A program made the translations under genes and the position numbers. A DNA stretch of 33,452 nucleotides, from NCBI GenBank assembly GCA_040752415.1, contig JBFMGU010000113.1, positions 1 to 33,452 on the forward strand, in the 5' to 3' direction. The DNA is from Myxococcota bacterium. Lineage in GTDB: Bacteria; Myxococcota; JACRCW01. Below, piece by piece: positions 7,955 through 15,531 of this stretch (the first letter of the stretch is position 1; each line of letters starts with the position of its first letter). Under the pieces are notes generated by a model, which saw only the letters and a program-made list of their open reading frames with translations, was not told the DNA's origin and searched no databases.

Positions 7955-9821
7955 GGGCCGCCTCCGCACGCGCGGGTCTCAGCACCACCGCGGCATGTCC
8001 CTGCACCACCCACGTCGACTCGTCGAGGGGCGGGGTTCCGTCGCCGCCGTAGCGGGGATCCTCGCTGGACCACAGCGTCGTCCAGGGGCATTCGCGGGGC
8101 GGCGCCAGCAGCGGCTCGGCGGCGGGGCGCAGCGGCAGGTCGCGGCCCAGGTTGACGAGCAGCAGCCGGTCGTCGCCCTCGGGGTGGAGCCAGCGCAGGA
8201 GGAAGGCCTCCTCGCCCAACACCGCGCCGTGGAGGCGGTCCCGGTCCTGCGCGCTGAAATTGGGATCCTCCCGACGGAGCCGCAGCAGGTCCTGGTGCAG
8301 CCGGTAGGCCGGCGCGTGTGTCTCCCGTTCCCGGAAGTCCAGCTTGCAGCGCGCCACCGTCGCGGAATCACCGGGGTCCGCCACCAGCGCACGACCCGCC
8401 GCGTCCTGGATGCCCGGGAACTGCGTGAGGAAATCCATCCGCCCCTCCCGCACCGCCCGGCCCAGGTCCCCTTCGTGATCGGCGAAGTAGACGAAAGGGG
8501 ACGAAGCGTTGAACTCCTGGCCCATGAACAGCAAGGGCGTGCCGGGGGCCAGCAGAAACAGCGCGGTGAGGGCGCGGTGGCGACCCGGGCTGGTGAGCTG
8601 GTGCAGCCGTTGACCCCGGGCGCTGTTGGCCACCTGGTCGTGATTCTCCAGGAAGGTGACGAAGGTGCGCGCGGGCAGGTCCAGCGCGGGCGTGCCACGT
8701 CGCTTGTTCTGCCAGGCGTACCACTGGCCCTGGTAGAGGTAACCCCAGCGGACGGCGCTGATGAGCTCCTGCGGCGTGCCGCGCGTCTCCGTGTAGTACG
8801 CGGGATTGCGCCCGGTGAGGGCGGCCACCGCGCTGTGGTGGAAGTCGTCATTCCACACCGCGTCCAGGCCGCAGCCGCCGCTCCCGACGGGACGGACCAG
8901 CTCGGTGCGCTGCGTCTCGCTCTCGGCCATCAGCACGATGGAGCGCTTGCCGGCGGCCTCCCGCGCGCGTCGCGCCATGGCCGTGAGCACGTGCTCCGAC
9001 GACGAATCGAACACGCACTGGGTGGCGTCCAGGCGCAGCCCGTCCAGGTGGAACTCGTCAATCCAGTACGCGGCGTTCTCGACGAAGAACTCCCGCACCG
9101 GTGCGCAGTTCTCGCCGTCGAAGTTGATGGGCTCACCCCACTCCGTCTTGTGACGACGGGAGGCGTAGTCGCGGGAGAACCTCCCCAGGTAGTTCCCCGC
9201 GGGGCCGAAGTGGTTGTACACCACGTCGAGGATGACCCCGAGGCCCAGCGCGTGCGCGGTGTCGACGAGGCGGCGCAGGTCATCCGGCGTGCCGTACAGT
9301 CGCGTGGGCGCGTAGAAGTCCACGCCGTCATAGCCCCAGCCGAAGCGACCGGCGAAGTCCGCCACCGGCATCAGCTCGACGAGGGTGATGCCCAGCCGCC
9401 GCAGCTCGGGGAGCTGGGCGCGCACGCCGTCAAAGGTCCCTTCCGGCGTGAAGGTGCCCACGTGGAGCTCGTAGAGGACCTGGCCGGGGAGCTTCACGCC
9501 GCGCCAGCTCTCGTCGGTCCAGCGGAAGGTCGTGGGGTCCACCACCTCGGACGGACCGTGCGGCCCTTCCGGCTGGTAGCGCGAGGCGGGGTCGGGGAAG
9601 GCTTCGCCCTCGTCGAGGCGGAAGCGGTAGCGGGTGCCGGCGCGGGCCGGGCGCACCAGCGCGGAGAAGTAGCCACCGGGCTCGCGCTCCAGCGGGAACG
9701 GCTCGGGGCGGCCTTCCAGGATCACGTCCACCCGTCGACACGCCGGCGCCCACACCCGGAAGTGCACGCCCTGCGACGAGGACTCCGCGCCCACGGGATG
9801 ACGTCTGCCCGGGTGTGCCAT
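7947..9821 (-). CDS. treZ: Malto-oligosyltrehalose trehalohydrolase (GH13)
   Basis: FRVWAP, PDPASRYQPEGPHGPS, YELHVGTFT, WGYDGV, DVVYNHFGP, GLRLDA, WNDDFHH, NHDQVAN, LLFMGQE. Confidence 0.9.
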   Translation of the reverse strand: MAHPGRRHPVGAESSSQGVHFRVWAPACRRVDVILEGRPEPFPLEREPGGYFSALVRPARAGTRYRFRLDEGEAFPDPASRYQPEGPHGPSEVVDPTTFRWTDESWRGVKLPGQVLYELHVGTFTPEGTFDGVRAQLPELRRLGITLVELMPVADFAGRFGWGYDGVDFYAPTRLYGTPDDLRRLVDTAHALGLGVILDVVYNHFGPAGNYLGRFSRDYASRRHKTEWGEPINFDGENCAPVREFFVENAAYWIDEFHLDGLRLDATQCVFDSSSEHVLTAMARRAREAAGKRSIVLMAESETQRTELVRPVGSGGCGLDAVWNDDFHHSAVAALTGRNPAYYTETRGTPQELISAVRWGYLYQGQWYAWQNKRRGTPALDLPARTFVTFLENHDQVANSARGQRLHQLTSPGRHRALTALFLLAPGTPLLFMGQEFNASSPFVYFADHEGDLGRAVREGRMDFLTQFPGIQDAAGRALVADPGDSATVARCKLDFRERETHAPAYRLHQDLLRLRREDPNFSAQDRDRLHGAVLGEEAFLLRWLHPEGDDRLLLVNLGRDLPLRPAAEPLLAPPRECPWTTLWSSEDPRYGGDGTPPLDESTWVVQGHAAVVLRPARAEAAHG

Positions 9822-9966
9822 GGGTGTCCTGCGGATGACGGGCCATCCCACCATCCGTGATGCCGGTTTGCCGCCAACCACGATGTCGCGTGCGGGGCTC
9901 CTCCCCGTCGTACGGCATCATAACCAGCCCATTCCGAGGGGGCAGGGCGGGCGGAGCGTCACGCCG

Positions 9967-10710
9967 TCACGGCGCTTCACAGACCCACGAGGTGCGCGGG
10001 TGCGCCCGATTCAACGTGCACGCCGCCGTCGACGCGCAACCGCACGCGCCGTCCTGGCAGAGGTCCGCGTTGATCGTGCAGTCCGAGTCGTCGGCGCAGC
10101 GGCAGCGGCCCGCGGAGCACACGGAGGCGTTGGTGGTGCAGCTGCCCTCCCGGCATTCACACCGGCCGCTGCTGGGATTGCACGCGGGGTACTCTCCGCC
10201 GCAGTCGCCGTCATTCCGACAGCCCGTGAAGCACACGCCGCTGCCACACTTCTGGCGCGGGATGGCGCACACCGTGACGTTGCCCTGTCCGTCCTGGCGC
10301 GGCAGCGTGATCTCCTCCATGCCGCTGGCCGAGCACGGCTGCGCCGACGGCGTGAGCGCGCAATACGGTCCGCTGGCGACGACGCAGACGTAGTTGGCCA
10401 CCGTGCAGGTCCCGTTCTCGCCGGGGCAGGGCGACCAGCCGCTGGCGCGCGCGGTGCACTGCAGGTCGCTGGTGCAGGTGTCCGGGGGATCCTGGGGAAC
10501 ACAGCGGTTGCGCTGACAGCGGAAGCCGCTGAGGCAGTCCCCGTCGGCACCGCACTCCTCCACGCAGAAGGATCCCGAAGAGCTGCTGCTGGAGCTGCTG
10601 CTGGTGGCGCCGGTGGAGCGACGCACGCCGGCCTCGTCCTCCTCGTCGGGATTGCAGGTCCAGACCGCGAGTGGGAGGAGGAAGAGGAGGGCGGGGCTGA
10701 GGCGGTGCAT
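9967..10710 (-). CDS. Cys-rich secreted/lipoprotein with poly-Ser linker
   Basis: Signal MHRLSPALLFLLPLAVWT-C, S8 run, repeated CxxDxDC modules; GGAG upstream of ATG. Confidence 0.75.
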   Translation of the reverse strand: MHRLSPALLFLLPLAVWTCNPDEEDEAGVRRSTGATSSSSSSSSSGSFCVEECGADGDCLSGFRCQRNRCVPQDPPDTCTSDLQCTARASGWSPCPGENGTCTVANYVCVVASGPYCALTPSAQPCSASGMEEITLPRQDGQGNVTVCAIPRQKCGSGVCFTGCRNDGDCGGEYPACNPSSGRCECREGSCTTNASVCSAGRCRCADDSDCTINADLCQDGACGCASTAACTLNRAHPRTSWVCEAP

Positions 10711-10804
10711 GGCATCTCCACGTCGGGCGCGCGCGCAGTGTAGCGCAATTTCAGACCAGCTCCTCTTGCCACGCCTCCCGGTCCGCGGCGCGCATGGGGT
10801 CCCT

Positions 10805-11083
10805 CAGGGCGTGAGCCGGCGCCGCAGCCGTAGGGGCTAGGCTTTTCCACGTCGTGGAAGCGACGAGAGCGGAAGGAAATGCCTGGCCCGGGGGCCACGA
10901 AGTCTTCCCTGGTTGAACCAACGTGTCCCAGAAGGATGCTCAGCACGCACCCCGGTTGCATGGGTGACGTAGGGTAACGGCGTTGCTCCGTCGGCCCCGG
11001 GCTAGGCATTTCCTTCCGCTCTCGTCGCTTCCACGACGTGGAAAAGCCTAGCCCCTACGGCTGCGGCGCCGGCTCACGCCCTG
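10805..11083. repeat. Long inverted-repeat element, family B (REP-doublet/MITE-like)
   Basis: ~91-bp arms 10805-10896 and 10993-11083 are reverse complements with one mismatch and one indel; spacer is 96 bp. Each arm self-folds (gggctaggc...gcctggccc; ttccac-gtc-gtggaa). Confidence 0.9.
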
Positions 11084-11123
11084 GATACCGGCGGCGCGAG
11101 CGCTGCCCGGCCACTGAGTCGTA

Positions 11124-11654
11124 CTACTTGTGCGCGCCGTGCGTGGCGGAGAGGCGCTGGTACGTGGCCTCGTCGACCACCTGCTGCTTCCACGCGGCGT
11201 GACACGCGGTGCACGAGGTCAACGTCTGCCCCAGCGACGTCAACACGCCCCCGCGGTCCTTCTTGCGCGCGGCCTCCCCGACGCCGTCGGCAGTCTTGTG
11301 GAACGCAATGGCCTGGTCGGTGAAGCCCGGCGCGGCGGCGCCCATGTGGTCACACATCATGCCCATGTGGTCGCTGTACCCGATGCGCGCGGCCGATTTC
11401 TCGACGCCAGCGTAGTCCTCCCGCGCCAGCGCCTGGACGATCTCCTGCACCGCCACGAGGTGGTCGCGCATGTTCTCCTTCTGGTGGTGCGCCATCATGG
11501 GCAACAGCGGGACGGGCTTGCGACCATCCATGCGGTCCAGGCTCTCCGTGGCCGAGCCCGCCGCCACCTTGGGGGCCTTCCCCTTGCCGGGCAGCGGAGC
11601 CTGCTGACACGCCATCACCATCGTCGCCACGCCGATCAACAACCCGTTCCTCAT
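11124..11654 (-). CDS. Class II (cytochrome c'-like) c-type cytochrome lipoprotein
   Basis: GAGGAGG then ATG 11654; lipobox-like MVMA-C; helical body; C-terminal heme motif CTACH. Confidence 0.75.
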   Translation of the reverse strand: MRNGLLIGVATMVMACQQAPLPGKGKAPKVAAGSATESLDRMDGRKPVPLLPMMAHHQKENMRDHLVAVQEIVQALAREDYAGVEKSAARIGYSDHMGMMCDHMGAAAPGFTDQAIAFHKTADGVGEAARKKDRGGVLTSLGQTLTSCTACHAAWKQQVVDEATYQRLSATHGAHK

Positions 11655-11761
11655 CGCCAACCTCCTCGTCGCGGGGGGCAGCTAACCGCGCGGCAACCCG
11701 GGCGCAAGCGTTGACGCCTGCAGGCACCGTCCACCAGAGTCTTCCGAACACCGGGCCTGCC

Positions 11762-12967
11762 ATGCCGCTGATTGCCGACGAGAAAGCCCACACGCTGGTG
11801 CACTGGCTGGTGCGCGACTCCACGTCATTGAGCCTGGAGCAGATGACGGAGGAGTTGTGCACGCGCCTGATCGCGGCAGGGGTGCCGGTGTGGCGCATGT
11901 TCGTGCCCATCCCCACGTTGCACCCGGAGGTCTTCGGGCGCGGCTGCATCTGGAAGCGCGGAGGCCGGATGCAAGCGCAGAAGGTCTCCCATGACTTCAT
12001 CCTCAAGCTGCGCCGCACGCACGCCGACGGACCGCCCACCGATCCGGTGGCCGAGGTGGAACGCAACCGTCGGCCGCTGCGACGACGACTCAACGTCCCG
12101 CCCGAGCAGCTGGAGTACGGCGTCTACCGCGACGTGCAGGCGCAGGGCGGCACCGACTACCTGGCGCTGCCGCTGTACATCGAGGAGCAGGTCACCGCGG
12201 TGTCCTGGGCCACCGACGCGCCCGGGGGTTTCTCCGACGAGAACGTGGCGCTGCTTACCGAGCTGATGCCGTTCCTGGAGATCCGGTTGCGCCTGGAATC
12301 CGCGCGCTTTGCCATGGACTCCCTGCTGGAGGTCTACCTGGGCCACAACGCGGCGCGCCGCGTGTCCCAGGGCGTGGTCCGACGAGGAACCGGCGAGCGC
12401 ATTGCCGCGGCCATCTGGTTCTGCGACCTGCGCGGCTTCACCACCATGGCGGACGGCATCCCTCCCGACGTCGTGGTGAAGACGCTGGACAGCTACTTCG
12501 AGCGCGTGGGCGAGGCGGTGCTGCGCCGCGGCGGGGAGATCCTCAAGTTCATTGGTGACGCCATCCTGGCCATCTTCCCCGTCGGGGAGCCGGGTCCGGG
12601 CCAGGCCTGTGACGACGCGCTGCGCGCCGCGCGCGAGGCCCTGGAGGCGTTGGCCGCGCTCAACCGCGAGCGTGCCACCGAAGCACAGCCGCCGCTGGCC
12701 ATTGGCGTGGCGCTGCACCTGGGCGAGGTCATGTACGGCAACATTGGCGCGCGGGAGCGCCTGGACTTCACGGTGATCGGCGCGTCGGTGAACGAGGTGT
12801 GCCGGCTGGAATCCCTGTGCAAACCGCTGGGCACACCGCTCATCATCAGCGAGGCGCTGGCGGAGAGATGCTCCGTCACCGACCTGGTGGACCTGGGCGC
12901 GCACGCGCTCAAAGGCGTCAGCACCCCGCGGCGCGTGTTTGGGCTGCGGGAGCTGGTGCGGGGGTGA
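11762..12967 (+). CDS. Class III adenylate/guanylate cyclase with N-terminal GAF-like region, soluble
   Basis: FCDLRGFT, KFIGDAILAIF, GVALHLGEV, RLDFTVIGASVNEVCRLE. The Lys/Asp pair is typical of ATP specificity. Confidence 0.9.
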   Translation: MPLIADEKAHTLVHWLVRDSTSLSLEQMTEELCTRLIAAGVPVWRMFVPIPTLHPEVFGRGCIWKRGGRMQAQKVSHDFILKLRRTHADGPPTDPVAEVERNRRPLRRRLNVPPEQLEYGVYRDVQAQGGTDYLALPLYIEEQVTAVSWATDAPGGFSDENVALLTELMPFLEIRLRLESARFAMDSLLEVYLGHNAARRVSQGVVRRGTGERIAAAIWFCDLRGFTTMADGIPPDVVVKTLDSYFERVGEAVLRRGGEILKFIGDAILAIFPVGEPGPGQACDDALRAAREALEALAALNRERATEAQPPLAIGVALHLGEVMYGNIGARERLDFTVIGASVNEVCRLESLCKPLGTPLIISEALAERCSVTDLVDLGAHALKGVSTPRRVFGLRELVRG

Positions 12968-12970
12968 GGC

Positions 12971-13288
12971 TCAGGCCCAACGTCGCTGCCGGTTGAGCTC
13001 CTCCTTGGCGCGGAACGCGTCCTCCAGGTCCACGCCCAGCCGGTTGGCAATGGCGCAGACGTAGATGAGCACGTCGGCCAGCTCCCCCGCGGCGCCGCCC
13101 ACCTGCGCGGTGACGTCGACGCCCAGGCCCTGCAGCTTGCGCACCGCCTTGAACAGCTCGCCCACCTCCTCGCCGAGCAACAGGCACTTCTGCAGCACAT
13201 CCTGTTGCGCAAAGCCGCGCTCGACTTCGAGTTGCTTCACGTATTGCTGCAGGTCGACGAGGCTGGGGCGGTGGGCGAGCTCAGGCAT
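12971..13288 (-). CDS. Stand-alone MazG-family nucleotide pyrophosphohydrolase
   Basis: LGEEVGELFKAVRK...ELADVLIY...N..GVDLEDAF.AKEELN. Confidence 0.85.
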   Translation of the reverse strand: MPELAHRPSLVDLQQYVKQLEVERGFAQQDVLQKCLLLGEEVGELFKAVRKLQGLGVDVTAQVGGAAGELADVLIYVCAIANRLGVDLEDAFRAKEELNRQRRWA

Positions 13289-13329
13289 GACGCGGACATG
13301 ACGCCAATCCGGCCATCCCCGCAAGGCCT

Positions 13330-13830
13330 TCAGGTCCGTCGGGAACGGGTGCGCGCCGCCTTCCTGGCTGCCGCGGAACGCACCGCGGGTCCCTTGGTGC
13401 GCGCCGCCTTCTTGGCCGCGGCGGAGCGCTCGGCGGGGGAGCGACGCTGCGCGGCGGAACGCGCCTGGCGGGCCAGGGCCTTGGGGGTCGCCGCGGCACG
13501 ACCTTCCCGCTTCAGCGCGCCGCGCACCGCCTGGGCTCGTTTGGGAGAAGTCTTCTTGGCGCCGCCGCGTCTTCCCGCCGCGGCCGCGTATTCCGCGCTC
13601 TTGCGCGTGCGCGCCGAGGTCTTGCCACGCTTGGGCGGGGGCAGCGCCACCCCTTCCCGGCGGGCCTTGGACAGCCCGATGGCAACGGCCTGCTTGGCCG
13701 ACCGCGCGCCGTGACGACCCTTGCGGATGTGCTGCATCTCCTCACGCACGTACTCGCCGGCCTGCGACGACGGAGCCTTGCCCTGTCGCCTGGCCTTCTG
13801 GGCGCGTGCCCTGGTCTTGCGTTCCGGCAT
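13330..13830 (-). CDS. DUF6496-like Lys/Arg/Ala-rich putative DNA-binding protein
   Basis: QAGEYVREEM..IRKGRHGARSAKQAVAIGLSKARREGV; C-terminal RSAAAKKAART / RSAAARKAART repeats; GGAGG RBS. Confidence 0.7.
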   Translation of the reverse strand: MPERKTRARAQKARRQGKAPSSQAGEYVREEMQHIRKGRHGARSAKQAVAIGLSKARREGVALPPPKRGKTSARTRKSAEYAAAAGRRGGAKKTSPKRAQAVRGALKREGRAAATPKALARQARSAAQRRSPAERSAAAKKAARTKGPAVRSAAARKAARTRSRRT

Positions 13831-13897
13831 GACAGCCTCCCTCCGTGACGCGGCTCCGTCCGGGAACCCGCGACGAGCGGCGCGTGTCTGCGCCCGA

Positions 13898-13926
13898 AGT
13901 GTGGCTTCGGCGTCCATCCAAGTCTA
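13898..13926 (-). promoter_or_regulatory. Possible sigma70-family promoter for the DUF6496-like gene
   Basis: TAGACT-17 bp-CACACT on the minus strand, about 70 bp upstream of the ATG. Confidence 0.3.
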
Positions 13927-14002
13927 AGTGGCCGGGACCATGCCGGCAGGCTTGGACACAAGGGTTCCGGCGAGGACACGGCCACCCGGAAGTCGCGCCG
14001 CT

Positions 14003-14320
14003 TCAGTGGAGGGCGGGCCGTCCCTCGTCGGGGGCGCGGCCGTGGCTGGCCTGCAGCGTGCGGTGGTGGATCTCATCCAGGACCTCCTGCTGGTCCGGCG
14101 CCGCCAGGCTGCCGAGGATCATGGGCGCCAGGCTCCGCAGCAGCTGCACCTGCGCATACAGCGGCAGCTTCAGGACCCGGTCCATGGCCTCCTGCGCGGG
14201 CTGCGCCGCGGATTCCTCCTCGGGGGGAGCGGTGTGCGCGGCGTAGGCGTGGTTCTCCCTCTCCTCCTGCTCCATGTCGGCGGCGGCCTGGCGCGGGCTC
14301 AGTTGGCCTTTCTTCTTCAT
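14003..14320 (-). CDS. Hypothetical helical protein (105 aa)
   Basis: GAGGAGG RBS before ATG 14320; GC3-rich codons; no recognised family. Confidence 0.65.
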   Translation of the reverse strand: MKKKGQLSPRQAAADMEQEERENHAYAAHTAPPEEESAAQPAQEAMDRVLKLPLYAQVQLLRSLAPMILGSLAAPDQQEVLDEIHHRTLQASHGRAPDEGRPALH

Positions 14321-14406
14321 GGCGCACCTCCTCATTCGCCGACGTAGTGGCATCCCGGTCACGCGGCAATCAACGACGAGGACGAGGACGGTGCGCGTGC
14401 GCGGCT

Positions 14407-15144
14407 TCAGCCCGTGGCGCAGATGGCCAGGTAGCGACGCACCGTCTCCGGGATTCCGTATTCCAGCGCTTCCGCGATGAGCGCGTGGCCAATGGATACT
14501 TCCGAGACGCCGCGCACGTGGGTGAGGAAGAAGGGCAGGTTGTGCAGGCTCAGGTCATGCCCGGCATTGACGCCCAGGCCCAGGCGCTGTGCCTCCGCCG
14601 CCGCACGCGCATAGGGCTGCACCGCTTCCGCCGACGGCGTCACCGTGGACGCGTTGGCATACGGCTCGGTGTACAGCTCCACGCGGTCCGGGCCAAAGGC
14701 GGGCGCCAGCGTCATGCGCTCCGGGATGGCATCCATGAACAGGCTCACGCGACATCCCAGCGACTTCATCTCGCGGATGACCGCGCGCAGCGGCTCACCT
14801 TCGTTCGCCAGGTCGTAACCCTGGTTGCTGGTGAAGGCCTCCGCGGCGTCGGGCACCAGCGTGCACTGGTGGGGACGGAAGCGGCGCGCGTAGTCCAGCA
14901 GACCGTGGAACGGATTGCCTTCAATGTTGAGCTCCGCCCGCGGGTAGCGCATGAGCAGCCGGGAGATGTCCTCCACGTCGTGAGGGCGGATGTGCCGCTG
15001 GTCGGGACGGGGGTGCACCGTGATGCCCGCCGCGCCCGCGTCCAGCGCCAGCTGCGCCGCCCGCACCACGCTGGGGATGCCGTTGTGCCGCGTGTTGCGC
15101 AGCGTTGCCACCTTGTTGACGTTGACACTGAGATGCGTTGCCAC
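14407..15144 (-). CDS. pdxJ: Pyridoxine 5'-phosphate synthase
   Basis: LSVNVNKVATLRN, GITVHPRPDQRHI, NIEG, CTLVP, VELYT, NAGHDL, EVSIGHALI. Confidence 0.95.
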   Translation of the reverse strand: MATHLSVNVNKVATLRNTRHNGIPSVVRAAQLALDAGAAGITVHPRPDQRHIRPHDVEDISRLLMRYPRAELNIEGNPFHGLLDYARRFRPHQCTLVPDAAEAFTSNQGYDLANEGEPLRAVIREMKSLGCRVSLFMDAIPERMTLAPAFGPDRVELYTEPYANASTVTPSAEAVQPYARAAAEAQRLGLGVNAGHDLSLHNLPFFLTHVRGVSEVSIGHALIAEALEYGIPETVRRYLAICATG

Positions 15145-15531
15145 GGCTGCCTTCCGTTCCGGTCTGCAGGGCTTCCCATAGGGCCAATCCCGTCACACCC
15201 GCAACCCGCATCCGCGGGCGGCAACCGGGCTCCACGGCAGTTTCTCGTCGGGAGAATGCGCTCCCGGCGTCCCGTTCATCGCTTCGCGCGCGCTTCGTCG
15301 CTGATCCGCAGCGATCAGGCGAGAACCCGCGTCCACAGCCGTGCACGCTCCCCAACAACTCGTTATTTGTCTGACAGCAAGTTGAACGGGTGACGACGAC
15401 CGCAGCACCGCCGACCATCGCGGGCCGCAGGCGCACCCGTCGCTAGCGCCCCACTTCCTCCACAATCCGCGAGCGCCCGGGCTTCCCGTTCCCAGGATGT
15501 CCCCGGCCCTCGTGCACCCCAGGTCAGCGTC

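Noticed and set aside
11762..13288. Cyclase plus MazG as a Pycsar/CBASS-like defence pair
   Set aside because: The genes are convergent, not operonic. The cyclase has ordinary ATP-specifying Lys/Asp residues and there is no TIR or TM effector.
15352..15385. IHF-like site (caacaactcgtta) and AT-rich patch in the pdxJ / Cys-rich gene divergent region
   Set aside because: Only a partial match to WATCAANNNNTTR, and I found no sigma54 -24/-12 element to support it.
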